Below the pieces are notes generated by a model. The model saw only the letters and a program-made list of their open reading frames with translations, was not told the origin of the DNA and ran no database searches. Positions 28,710 to 36,999 of a DNA stretch of 60,301 bases are shown here, in pieces. Numbering within the stretch: position 1 is the first letter of the stretch; every line of letters starts with the position of its first letter. The DNA is taken from the IMG/VR virus record IMGVR_UViG_3300045988_176983, positions 1 to 60,301 of that record. One strand, 5' to 3'. The translations under genes and the position numbers were made by a program. This DNA comes from a virus.

Positions 28710-29657
28710 TTATACGCTTTGTAGGCTGTTCGTAAATTTATCCATTGCCGAGACGGCAGACTGAATGGCAGTGTCTTTATTGAGTATGTGCCGATAAACT
28801 TGTGCCGTTACAAGTGGGTTAGAGTGTCCGAGGTTTTGCGATATTTCGGTCATCGGCATACCGCTCAAATCGCATAAACTCGTGAAAGCGTGGCGTAATG
28901 CGTGAGTCTTTACACTATGTCCGCAGCAATGCTCGGTGTATCTATGAACGAGCATAAGCAGGGCAGGCGACGAGAATTGCTTCCATAATTTACCGCCGGT
29001 ACTTTTGCCGTTCTCGTCCGAATCCGTGCCGAAAAGATAATCGTTGTCGGTACACCAGTCGGGGCGAATACCGCTCGAAAGATACTCTTCGATTATTTCC
29101 TTTGCAACTCGCGGCATTGCAACAAGTCGTTGCTTATCGCCTTTGCCGTGCCGTACCATGATCCTGTTCTGTTCGAAGTCAAGGTCGGCGACGGTCAACG
29201 AACGCAGTTCGCTGTTACGCAAGCCCGCCTGCAAAAGTAAAACTATAATAGCGCGGTTTCTGATTATCGTTTTCCCGCTTAACCCGGTCGGAGTTTTCGT
29301 TATTAGGCTTTTGATTTCGTCGAGCGTTAAAAGGTCATACTCGACGCGTTGCTGTTCGGGTATCTCGTCAAGGTGTACGGGGTTTTCCTGTTCGATTTTC
29401 ATTTTGACGCACCACTCGAAAAATGAGTGTATGAAAATCATATACTGCCTTACGCTGTTTATCTTTATCCCGCTCATAGAAAGGCTTGAACGCCAATTTA
29501 CGACGGTTAAAGGCGTTATCTGTTCGTCGGCTTTCAAGAAGTCCGAAAACTTCCTGAAAGCCAAACTATAAGCCGTAACGGTCTTATCCGATTTCTTCAT
29601 AGAGGGTAGGGCGATAAGGTATTGAGTGCTTATCTCGTTAAATTGTTCTTTATTCAT
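28710..29657 (-). CDS. Tyrosine recombinase, XerC/XerD-like
   Basis: The C-terminal catalytic region reads HALRHAFTSLCDLSGMPMTEISQNLGHSNPLVTAQVYRHI (R..HxxR..Y pattern) and ARNSELRSLTV is upstream of it. The start was set at the second Met (29657), which overlaps the upstream micro-ORF stop. Confidence 0.85.
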   Translation of the reverse strand: MNKEQFNEISTQYLIALPSMKKSDKTVTAYSLAFRKFSDFLKADEQITPLTVVNWRSSLSMSGIKINSVRQYMIFIHSFFEWCVKMKIEQENPVHLDEIPEQQRVEYDLLTLDEIKSLITKTPTGLSGKTIIRNRAIIVLLLQAGLRNSELRSLTVADLDFEQNRIMVRHGKGDKQRLVAMPRVAKEIIEEYLSSGIRPDWCTDNDYLFGTDSDENGKSTGGKLWKQFSSPALLMLVHRYTEHCCGHSVKTHALRHAFTSLCDLSGMPMTEISQNLGHSNPLVTAQVYRHILNKDTAIQSAVSAMDKFTNSLQSV

Positions 29658-29814
29658 TTTTGTTTCTCTCATTTTTAAGCCGACTATTTTCTGCTTTTAA
29701 TTTTTTAATTCTTTTCTCGTACTTCAAAATCATTTGATTGATTTCGCAGTCTTCGCAATCGCCATAATCGTAGCAATACCCAAGTTTGCCTTGTTTACAT
29801 TTTTGTTGTTTCAT
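29650..29814 (-). CDS. Small Cys-rich / basic protein (54 aa), not in the supplied ORF track
   Basis: Translates as MKQQKCKQGKLGYCYDYGDCEDCEINQMILKYEKRIKKLKAENSRLKNERNKNE. RBS ggagaacagca is present. There is an ATGA overlap with the upstream gene, and its stop overlaps the recombinase start. Confidence 0.5.
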   Translation of the reverse strand: MKQQKCKQGKLGYCYDYGDCEDCEINQMILKYEKRIKKLKAENSRLKNERNKNE

Positions 29815-30104
29815 TGCTGTTCTCCTAAATGGTAAATTTTTGCGTTAAAATCCGTTGCTTTGGCTAAAATATCGCGGTGTTTGACCGAAAGTTTTACCGC
29901 CTTGTCTTGATTGAGTAAAACTAAAACCTTAAAAAAGCCGTGATATTCGCCGAGTTTTTGTTCAAGGCAATGTATCTTCGTGGCATTATCGATAGTCGCG
30001 TTATTGTTTAACGATTCCATATTTTGGGCAAGCCTGTTAAGATTTTCGACTGTCTTATCTTCAACTATCTTATTTTCGAGTTTTTGTAAAGTTATCTTTT
30101 TCAT
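29811..30104 (-). CDS. Hypothetical protein (97 aa)
   Basis: RBS aaggag is present. ATGA-coupled to the yopX-like gene. Confidence 0.55.
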   Translation of the reverse strand: MKKITLQKLENKIVEDKTVENLNRLAQNMESLNNNATIDNATKIHCLEQKLGEYHGFFKVLVLLNQDKAVKLSVKHRDILAKATDFNAKIYHLGEQQ

Positions 30105-30472
30105 TTTTCGCTCCTTAAAAGTTCGGGGTTGTCGTAAATATTGCCGATTACTTCAAAATAAGGCTCTGAAAACTTTGTAAAACCTGCAACTTCATAATTG
30201 TCCGAATAAATACCCCAACGCATTTGTTCAGCGTTCCACTTTACCTCGTATCGCTCAAAACCTTTCGCTATAATATCGCCTTCGAATATCTTCTCGCCGT
30301 TCTTATCGGTAAGTCCTGTATATTGTCCGACGGTTTCGGGGATAACTTCGATTTCACGCCAATATGTTAATTCCCCATAAATTTTAGTTGTATCTTTGAA
30401 AAACAATACACTATTGCCAACAACTAATTCGCCGTTGTCTACTCGCTTGCCCCTGAAAAGTATTTCTCTCAT
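30101..30472 (-). CDS. YopX-family protein
   Basis: MREILFRGKR...ETVGQYTGLTDKNGEKIFEGDII...EVIGNIYDNPELL matches the conserved YopX pattern. Confidence 0.85.
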   Translation of the reverse strand: MREILFRGKRVDNGELVVGNSVLFFKDTTKIYGELTYWREIEVIPETVGQYTGLTDKNGEKIFEGDIIAKGFERYEVKWNAEQMRWGIYSDNYEVAGFTKFSEPYFEVIGNIYDNPELLRSEK

Positions 30473-30513
30473 ATTAAATTCCTTTGCCCGCGATACCGCA
30501 CGGGCGCGGTTTA

Positions 30514-30717
30514 TTATATATTACAATCGTTTCGCTTAAAATCGGGTTCGTATTTGCGCGTTATTTCTATTGTCTGTGCCAAAGTTAAGCCGTCGCAATA
30601 TTCGATATAATCAACCGCGCTGTAATAATTGCCGTCTTTCAAGCCGTTGATTTTGCAAAACTCACGGAACAAGCCGCATTTATCTTTTAGGTTTTTTATT
30701 TTAGTCATTGCTCGCAT
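30514..30717 (-). CDS. Hypothetical protein (67 aa)
   Basis: The start was set at the Met preceded by aaggag. The track ORF extends to 30738. Confidence 0.45.
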   Translation of the reverse strand: MRAMTKIKNLKDKCGLFREFCKINGLKDGNYYSAVDYIEYCDGLTLAQTIEITRKYEPDFKRNDCNI

Positions 30718-31048
30718 AGTCTGCTCCTTTATCTGCATTACATTGCGTTACGGTAATACCCTTTAATGGTTTACTGTCAAGCAATGCCATATAGATATTG
30801 TCAACGGCTTTATATTCGGGAGTCATTGCAAATGTAGAATATACGCCCGAAAACAAACGGCGATATTCTGTCGCCCAGAGTTTAGAAAATTCTTCGGCGA
30901 TTATTTCGGGTGAGTGTTCCACGTCGGCAAGTATGCGTGTTTTAATTCTTTCGACTTCCGCGTCGTATATTTTGTTTTCTTCGGGTGTCGATACTCGGTG
31001 ATACCCGGCGGAATAGTCTTTCAAAGTTTTGAAAATGTCTTTTTTCAT
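30701..31048 (-). CDS. Hypothetical protein (115 aa)
   Basis: The start was set at MKKDIF, preceded by gacggaggc. The track ORF extends to 31087, but that extension overlaps a better micro-ORF. Confidence 0.5.
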   Translation of the reverse strand: MKKDIFKTLKDYSAGYHRVSTPEENKIYDAEVERIKTRILADVEHSPEIIAEEFSKLWATEYRRLFSGVYSTFAMTPEYKAVDNIYMALLDSKPLKGITVTQCNADKGADYASND

Positions 31049-31197
31049 TTCTGTTCGCCTCCGTCTTGTTCGTTTTTCTTTATCCAAAGGGCAGTTCTTT
31101 TGCCCTTTTTCGCCTTGTTTAAGGTTGTTGCGAAAACTGCAACGACCACTGCCGTGATTACGGCTAATAAGCCGATTAAAACCGCGTTGATTATCAT
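31045..31197 (-). CDS. Small single-pass membrane protein (50 aa), not in the supplied ORF track
   Basis: Translates as MIINAVLIGLLAVITAVVVAVFATTLNKAKKGKRTALWIKKNEQDGGEQK. RBS ggaggaacagc is present, with ATGA overlaps at both ends. Confidence 0.55.
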   Translation of the reverse strand: MIINAVLIGLLAVITAVVVAVFATTLNKAKKGKRTALWIKKNEQDGGEQK

Positions 31198-31406
31198 TGT
31201 TGCTGTTCCTCCGTGAAGATTATTATCTTATTTGTTTTTGTTGTGCCTATCGATATAAAAGTAACGATGTCGTTACTATGTTCTTCAAAGTAATCGCTTG
31301 CATTTTTCCAAGAAATATCGATAGTGTTCCCGTCGCCGTCGTGGTCTACGATTTGTATGTCGTTACACATATCTAAAACATTTTTAAGTTGTCCTAATGT
31401 TATCAT
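31194..31406 (-). CDS. Hypothetical protein (70 aa)
   Basis: ATGA-coupled on both sides. Confidence 0.5.
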   Translation of the reverse strand: MITLGQLKNVLDMCNDIQIVDHDGDGNTIDISWKNASDYFEEHSNDIVTFISIGTTKTNKIIIFTEEQQQ

Positions 31407-32089
31407 ACGGCAGCCCCCTTTATTTGTTCGACAAACTTTTGTGTGTTCTGTTCGATTGTTGTTTTGCTTTCGTCTGCGATACTGTTTATATTTATCGGCA
31501 ACAATACTGCCGAATAGTCCTTTTCGTTGATTTGAAGCGGGGAGTTTTCGTTCTTGCCGGTGAGAATATGCTCGAAGTCTGTTCCGATAACGCTAAAAGC
31601 CTTTTTAAGATAAAGCGCGTCGAAAAACTTGTTACAATACTTTATCGGGTATTTTTTTGCTTTTTTCTCGTTATAAAGTTTTATGTACTTGTCTATATTT
31701 TCGGCGATTATTTTATCGCTGTCGGTGAGTTCGTATTTTAACATACTTGCCGTTGTACGTAAGATATTGTTTGCGTCAATGCTTTCGTTTGCCGGGGTCT
31801 GCGGTAATGCGTTCAGTTCGGGCTGTTCTTCGTTCCATTTAACGAGAAGGTAGCCGTCGCATATAAATTGCTTTCCGTCCGGTGTATGCTGTATACCGTA
31901 AAGATTTTTACGCCATTCTTTTAAGCCGTTGTCGCAAACAATCTTCTTTACAGCGTTCAAAAGGCTCGTTTTAATGCCTTTCGAGGCTAATATATTCGTC
32001 TCTCTTTCGTAGTTTAATAAGTCGCGTAAATCGTCGATTTTGCCCGTGTTCAAAAGGTCAATACATTTTTCAATCGTTGCCGTGTTCAT
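31403..32089 (-). CDS. Hypothetical protein (228 aa)
   Basis: Long ORF in the coupled operon (TAATG junction). Confidence 0.6.
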   Translation of the reverse strand: MNTATIEKCIDLLNTGKIDDLRDLLNYERETNILASKGIKTSLLNAVKKIVCDNGLKEWRKNLYGIQHTPDGKQFICDGYLLVKWNEEQPELNALPQTPANESIDANNILRTTASMLKYELTDSDKIIAENIDKYIKLYNEKKAKKYPIKYCNKFFDALYLKKAFSVIGTDFEHILTGKNENSPLQINEKDYSAVLLPININSIADESKTTIEQNTQKFVEQIKGAAV

Positions 32090-32553
32090 TATTTATTTTC
32101 TCCTTCTTCTTTATTTTCTATTGTTAAAATTATATTGCTCTCGACGTTTTCAAGGGAGAAGCCGTTGCCTTTTGCCATACAGTGGAAATTGCCTAAAAAT
32201 TCAAAGTTAAGCCTAAATTTTCGACATAATGCGGCGTAATAGGCTTGATATCCTACTGTTCGATAGCATTTTTTACCTGCCGCCGAAGTGTACTCGGTTA
32301 AGATATAATCGTACTTCTTCCAATACCGCAAAATATCTTCCGCTTTTGTCGGCTGTTCGTCCGGCTGTTCGTTTAATTCTATGCTCGTGATTATAGACTG
32401 CAATTCTAAAACTGCTTGCCACTGTCTTTCGTTAAGGTTTTTATTATCGTGGTAAAGATAATTGATTTTTGCTCGCGCGTGTTTTATCGCGCCGGCGGCG
32501 GTTGCTACGCCGATTCCTACTTCTTTATTGATTTTCTCGCAATTGATTCTCAT
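32089..32553 (-). CDS. Hypothetical protein (154 aa)
   Basis: A gene in the coupled operon. Confidence 0.55.
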   Translation of the reverse strand: MRINCEKINKEVGIGVATAAGAIKHARAKINYLYHDNKNLNERQWQAVLELQSIITSIELNEQPDEQPTKAEDILRYWKKYDYILTEYTSAAGKKCYRTVGYQAYYAALCRKFRLNFEFLGNFHCMAKGNGFSLENVESNIILTIENKEEGENK

Positions 32554-32705
32554 TTTATATTTACTCCCGTGATTTTTTCGTTGTCTATAAACTTTTTCGC
32601 TTGCTCGCTGTTCGCGATAAAAAGCAAGTAGCGAGCGCGTTCCCGTTCCGAAAGCGGAAGGTTTAATTCCGCTTTCGCTTTGATTCTCTGTTCGTTCCTT
32701 TTCAT
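32550..32705 (-). CDS. Small helical protein (51 aa), not in the supplied ORF track
   Basis: Translates as MKRNEQRIKAKAELNLPLSERERARYLLFIANSEQAKKFIDNEKITGVNIK. There is an ATGA overlap with the next gene. Confidence 0.45.
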   Translation of the reverse strand: MKRNEQRIKAKAELNLPLSERERARYLLFIANSEQAKKFIDNEKITGVNIK

Positions 32706-32780
32706 ATTTTGCCCCCTTATGCGATTGCCGCTTTTATGCGGTTTCTTTCGTTGCTTGCCAAGCCGTAAAAGGCTTCGCCG

Positions 32781-33266
32781 TTAGAAAATCTCGCCGTTAG
32801 AAAATCTCGCCGTACAAACGTACTCTTCGAAGTCGTACAAGTTTTTTAATTTTGTTCGGCAAAAGTTAAGTATTTTACGAAGTTCGCGCTGTTCGGCTTT
32901 CTTTCTGTCAGAGTACGACATATCAAAATCGTCGTAATAGCCGTAGTACGCTTTTTCTTCGGCGCGTCCTTTCTTCCAATCGGCGGCGGAATAGTATTTT
33001 GTCAGGAACGCGCAACCGTAGGAGTCCGTCTTATCTTTAAGCAAGGTTTGCACGCCCTCATAATAACCGCTTTCGAGTTTTAATTGAAAATAGTTAAGTC
33101 CGTCGTTAAACTCGTCTACGAGTTTTTGAGCCTGTTCGAAGTCGTAGCCGTTATCGTCGAAGTATTCAGTCTCGCCCGTGTCCGGGTCTTCGTAATAATA
33201 GCCGTCGAAGTGTTTAGTCGCAAAAAGCGGGAAGTCGTTTTGATTAGTAAAGTTACAAGTAGACAT
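32781..33266 (-). CDS. Acidic hypothetical protein (161 aa)
   Basis: The start was set at MSTCNF, preceded by agagga. The protein is rich in Asp, Glu and Tyr. Confidence 0.5.
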   Translation of the reverse strand: MSTCNFTNQNDFPLFATKHFDGYYYEDPDTGETEYFDDNGYDFEQAQKLVDEFNDGLNYFQLKLESGYYEGVQTLLKDKTDSYGCAFLTKYYSAADWKKGRAEEKAYYGYYDDFDMSYSDRKKAEQRELRKILNFCRTKLKNLYDFEEYVCTARFSNGEIF

Positions 33267-33392
33267 AATTTTTTTATCCTCTGCGTGCTTGCCTGTTCGG
33301 GTCAAGTCTTACCGCTATTTTTTATTTTTTATCTGTTCGTCGTGTTATCTGTTCGCCGCCCCGCCTTTCAGGGAAGGGCGGCTGTTCGTTTA

Positions 33393-35156
33393 TTATTTTG
33401 CTATCAAGTCTATTACGGGCGTATATCCGAGCGTTTTATAATACTTCATAACGCTTTTAATATATCCGTCTGCGCCTGCGCCCGCAAAATTTACGAGTTG
33501 CAAGCCGCTTGAAGCGTCGCCATATTTTAGGCTGTTCGGCACTTGCGGAAGTATTCCGCGATATAAGGCGAACGCTTCGCCCCGGTGGAAGTGTAACTCG
33601 TCGGGCTTTCTTTTGCCGTCTCTCGTTATCGTTATTTTGCCCGCGTCGGAATATTGCGCCCACGCTTTTGCTTCTATGCTTTCAAGCGTTCCGCGGTATT
33701 CCTGCGCCATAAGTACCCATCCGTTGACTGTTAAAACGGTTACGCGTTCGCCCGGTTGTAAATAGGCTTGCGCTATCTGTTCGCTAACGGGCGCGGGAAT
33801 ATAGAACGGCTCGCGCTTGCTTGTCTCGGCTTTTTGGTTCGCTATCCACTCGGCGGCGTTTTCGCTGTCCGCCTGTTCGTCGAAGCCTTCGGGTAATTGC
33901 AAGATATAACGCGCATAACTAAACCCTTCGGGGTCGATAATAAATTGAAGTACGCCGTTATTATAAACCGCTACGCAATCGTGAGCGTACCATTTTACGC
34001 CTTCGCGCTGTTCGCTCGTGAATTTATCATAATTCTCTTCGTTGACTCGTTCGTCTGCCGTCGCCTGTCCGCCTTTACCTTTCAAGAAAGAGAAATCAAA
34101 CATAAACAACCGGCAAAAGTTCGCAAAAATCTTTTTGTCGTTATCGGAATAGCCGTTGAAGTCCACGCGGCGCGACGGTATAGCGTCCACTCTCGGCAAC
34201 TGTTCGCCGTCCTTTACGTATTCTTCAAGCCACTTTTCGCCTTCTTCAAGGCTCGCTATTTTGCGATATTCCGCAAGGTCAAAATATATCCTTCTTTCGT
34301 TTTCGGGTATATCCGTAATGATTGCCGCCTTCTCTATCTGTTCGCGGGCGATTGCGTCCTTCTGCGCTTGTATACGCGCCGCCGCCTCGTCCTTTTCGCG
34401 TTGTATTCTGTCGCGTTCGCATTGCGCCAAAAATTCCGCATGGTCTCTTTCTTCTTTTTCGGCTTTCCTTTTCTTGAAGTCCGCAATGTCCGCCCGCTGT
34501 TCGTCCGTCGGCTCGGTCTGTTCGTAATTGCCGGGGATTTGAAAATAACCGCCGTAAAAATGTACGTCGAAGTAGTCCGTCATACTGTCGGAGTCGTCGT
34601 AATTCCAAGAATCGGCAAGGGCTTTACAATAGGCTTGTACGGCGTTTAATTCGTCGCTGTCTTCAAAATATCCGTACTTGTCAGGCTCGCCCGTTCGTCT
34701 GTCCTTGTAGACGTGTTCGCGCCCATACGGCGAAGCCTTTATATATGCGTCTATTGTGTTGTATGTCGAAGTTATCGAAAATTTTACTTCGGGGAAGCGC
34801 GTTTTTAATTCTTTACGCAAAAGCGCGGCAACGTCTTTTACGGGCGGCAACGCGTTTTTGTCGTGTTGTTTTATCTCGCTTATATCGCAACGCTCCCAAA
34901 GGCTCGGCAAGCGATTTTTTGCCGCTTTTGCGGGAGTTTTCGCGCTCGTCGTCTGTTCGTCCGCGTTCGCCGTCGTTACGCCGTCAAGGGCGGTGCGTAT
35001 GGTCTCTTCGTCCGTGTAACCGTACCAAAGGCGGCGGACTCCGTGCCACCGGTAGCCGTTCGCTTTTAATGCGTTGCGCGTCTGTTCGTCGGGCTTGCCG
35101 GCGAAGGTAATCTCTAAACTGTTAAAATTATTATTTTTGTTTATTGCGTATTCCAT
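33393..35156 (-). CDS. Large acidic early protein (587 aa), function unknown
   Basis: The start was set at MEYAINK, preceded by acggaggc. The N-terminal motif KPDEQTRNALKANGYRWHGVRRLWYGY is followed by a central charged coiled coil. It contains nine Glu-Gln dipeptides, each encoded by GAACAG. Confidence 0.65.
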   Translation of the reverse strand: MEYAINKNNNFNSLEITFAGKPDEQTRNALKANGYRWHGVRRLWYGYTDEETIRTALDGVTTANADEQTTSAKTPAKAAKNRLPSLWERCDISEIKQHDKNALPPVKDVAALLRKELKTRFPEVKFSITSTYNTIDAYIKASPYGREHVYKDRRTGEPDKYGYFEDSDELNAVQAYCKALADSWNYDDSDSMTDYFDVHFYGGYFQIPGNYEQTEPTDEQRADIADFKKRKAEKEERDHAEFLAQCERDRIQREKDEAAARIQAQKDAIAREQIEKAAIITDIPENERRIYFDLAEYRKIASLEEGEKWLEEYVKDGEQLPRVDAIPSRRVDFNGYSDNDKKIFANFCRLFMFDFSFLKGKGGQATADERVNEENYDKFTSEQREGVKWYAHDCVAVYNNGVLQFIIDPEGFSYARYILQLPEGFDEQADSENAAEWIANQKAETSKREPFYIPAPVSEQIAQAYLQPGERVTVLTVNGWVLMAQEYRGTLESIEAKAWAQYSDAGKITITRDGKRKPDELHFHRGEAFALYRGILPQVPNSLKYGDASSGLQLVNFAGAGADGYIKSVMKYYKTLGYTPVIDLIAK

Positions 35157-35169
35157 AAAATAGCCTCCG

Positions 35170-35361
35170 TTACTTATTGAAAAAATATCTTGAAATTTCT
35201 TTATAAAGTCCTTCTTCGGTTTTATCCCACAAATCAAAATCAAGGGGATCGCCGTAATTATCGCGGAAATATTCCCGCAATTCCTTTATATTTTCGAAGT
35301 CGAAATCGTTACAAATGCGTTTTATCGCTTTTCGCTGTTCTTTTGTCATAATCGCCACCAT
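35170..35361 (-). CDS. Hypothetical protein (63 aa)
   Basis: TAATG-coupled to the upstream gene. Confidence 0.45.
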   Translation of the reverse strand: MVAIMTKEQRKAIKRICNDFDFENIKELREYFRDNYGDPLDFDLWDKTEEGLYKEISRYFFNK

Positions 35362-35735
35362 TAAATAAAGTAAACGCTTCTATTAAAATAAACTACTTTC
35401 TTCGGCTGTTCGCTAAAAAAGTAAGCCGTTACACCATCCGCGCCCGCGTGGAAAGTGCCGAAGGGCGTTATCGCGTTCGCTTCGTCGTCGCTTTCCGTCG
35501 TGTAAATGGCGTTGCGCTTGTCGAAGTGTTCGTGAAAAAGATTTACAAACGCGAAGCCGTCGAAGTCGCCGTGTTCGGCTGTCATAAACTTTTCAAACGC
35601 TACCGCTTCGGCGTTCTGTTCGCACTCATATTGCGCCCGAAGTGCCTCTTCGCGTTTTGCAATCGTTGCCGGCGACGGCTTACGCCCGCCGCGCCTGTTC
35701 GCCTTTTTCGGTTGATTGTATCTTGAAAACAACAT
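35361..35735 (-). CDS. Hypothetical protein (124 aa); start uncertain
   Basis: An open frame, but no obvious RBS precedes the first ATG. Confidence 0.4.
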   Translation of the reverse strand: MLFSRYNQPKKANRRGGRKPSPATIAKREEALRAQYECEQNAEAVAFEKFMTAEHGDFDGFAFVNLFHEHFDKRNAIYTTESDDEANAITPFGTFHAGADGVTAYFFSEQPKKVVYFNRSVYFI

Positions 35736-35877
35736 AATAAAAACCCTTTACGCGTGCGCGGCGTTTTTACCGCTCGCGCCTTACCGCGTTAGCCTGTCAT
35801 CATCGGGGCGGGGAGGCTATCCCACCGCCGAAGGCTTCAACCGTTGCCGGCTGTTTGCCTTTTCGACTGTTCGCGCC

Positions 35878-36147
35878 TTATATCTTGATATAGTCTTCGA
35901 TAAGCGTATTAAAATAGCCGTCGAAAGTCTTATCGCTTCGGCGATATGCTTTTAACAAGTCTTCGCCGTCTAAAAGAGTCGGCGCGGCGTAGTATTCCGC
36001 CGGGTAAGTTATTTTTATAACTTTTTTTTCACCGTAAAACCAATCATAAACGACATCAAGCCCGACTCCGTAGTTTTTCGCTTCTTCGTCTTTTTTCATT
36101 TGTTGCTTCAACTCATTGCAAAACGTTTTACTTGCTTTTATAACCAT
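35878..36147 (-). CDS. Hypothetical protein (89 aa)
   Basis: The start was set at MVIKAS, preceded by gggagggc. Confidence 0.5.
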   Translation of the reverse strand: MVIKASKTFCNELKQQMKKDEEAKNYGVGLDVVYDWFYGEKKVIKITYPAEYYAAPTLLDGEDLLKAYRRSDKTFDGYFNTLIEDYIKI

Positions 36148-36149
36148 TT

Positions 36150-36530
36150 TTAAGCCCTCCCGCAATCAAGACCTGCGCCCGTTTTCCATTCATAAATAGA
36201 TAATTGACGGCGCGCCCTTCCGATTTTTAACGCCTTTTTTTTGCTTTTTATGTTTTCGCTTATATCGATATAACAAAACCCATCATCGCACCAAAGCCCA
36301 ACGCACTCCGCCGCGCTTATGCTGTTTAATAACTCGTTGACCGCTTCAACGATTTTTTTCGGCTTGCCTGTTAAAATCTTGTAACAGTCGCGGCGGCTTA
36401 CTTGATAGCCCTTCGAAAATCTAACCGCTTCGCCGTCCTTGTTAAGCGTTGCGCCGCCGTTTTTGATAATCTCGAACACGTTCAAAAGTGTTATTTTTTG
36501 CGCCTTGTTTGCTTGCTTTTCGTTTGTCAT
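36150..36530 (-). CDS. Hypothetical protein, first gene of the leftward block (126 aa)
   Basis: RBS ggaggttgaaaaa is present. Confidence 0.55.
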   Translation of the reverse strand: MTNEKQANKAQKITLLNVFEIIKNGGATLNKDGEAVRFSKGYQVSRRDCYKILTGKPKKIVEAVNELLNSISAAECVGLWCDDGFCYIDISENIKSKKKALKIGRARRQLSIYEWKTGAGLDCGRA

Positions 36531-36628
36531 TTTTTCAACCTCCGCCCGGCGTGGCGCGTTTTGCGCTCACGGCTTACGGGCTTTTTTAATTTTTTCGTTA
36601 AAAAAAGCGACTTGCCACCGAAAAACGC

Positions 36629-36657
36629 TTGACAAGTCCGCTTCGCTTATTTATAAT
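36629..36657 (+). promoter_or_regulatory. Perfect consensus sigma-70 promoter (TTGACA-17-TATAAT) reading rightward into ORF-free DNA
   Basis: ttgaca at 36629..36634, a 17-nt spacer, then tataat at 36652..36657. Confidence 0.65.
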
Positions 36658-36936
36658 ACAAGCGAACGGGATCGCCGAAGGCGTTCTTGTTTGTGTGCCG
36701 TTTTCGCTCTGTCTGGTAAACGTTCGCGAAGGCGGCTTTTTTATGTCCTTTTCTAACTGTCTTTATTATACCATCATTAGAAAAAGAAGTAAAACAAATA
36801 CGCGCAAATCAAAAAATTGTGCAAGTGTATAATATATATTAAAATTACATATAAATAAAGAGATTATATAAATTATTATACAAATGTAATATTTTTATTA
36901 AAATTATATGCTTTTATCTTCGTTTATCCGATTTTT

Positions 36937-36963
36937 ACGCCGTCCGCCCGTCGGCGTTTTTTA
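36937..36963 (+). terminator. Intrinsic terminator candidate
   Basis: acgccg (36937..36942) pairs with cggcgt (36952..36957), followed by tttttt. Confidence 0.5.
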
Positions 36964-36999
36964 TTACTCAAAACACCACCGAACAACCCCGCAACCACG

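Larger units (their letters stand above)
27990..35873 (+). repeat. Dispersed, co-oriented array of 36 exact CTGTTCG heptamers (CGAACAG on the coding strand)
   Basis: Counted by eye. Starts are at 27990, 28522, 28638, 28688, 28726, 29169, 29352, 29388, 29520, 31051, 31448, 32256, 32353, 32365, 32608, 32688, 32889, 33132, 33293, 33333, 33349, 33382, 33532, 33777, 33873, 34008, 34200, 34338, 34497, 34518, 34953, 35082, 35406, 35616, 35695 and 35867. No inverse-orientation copy was seen in the interval. Confidence 0.85.
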
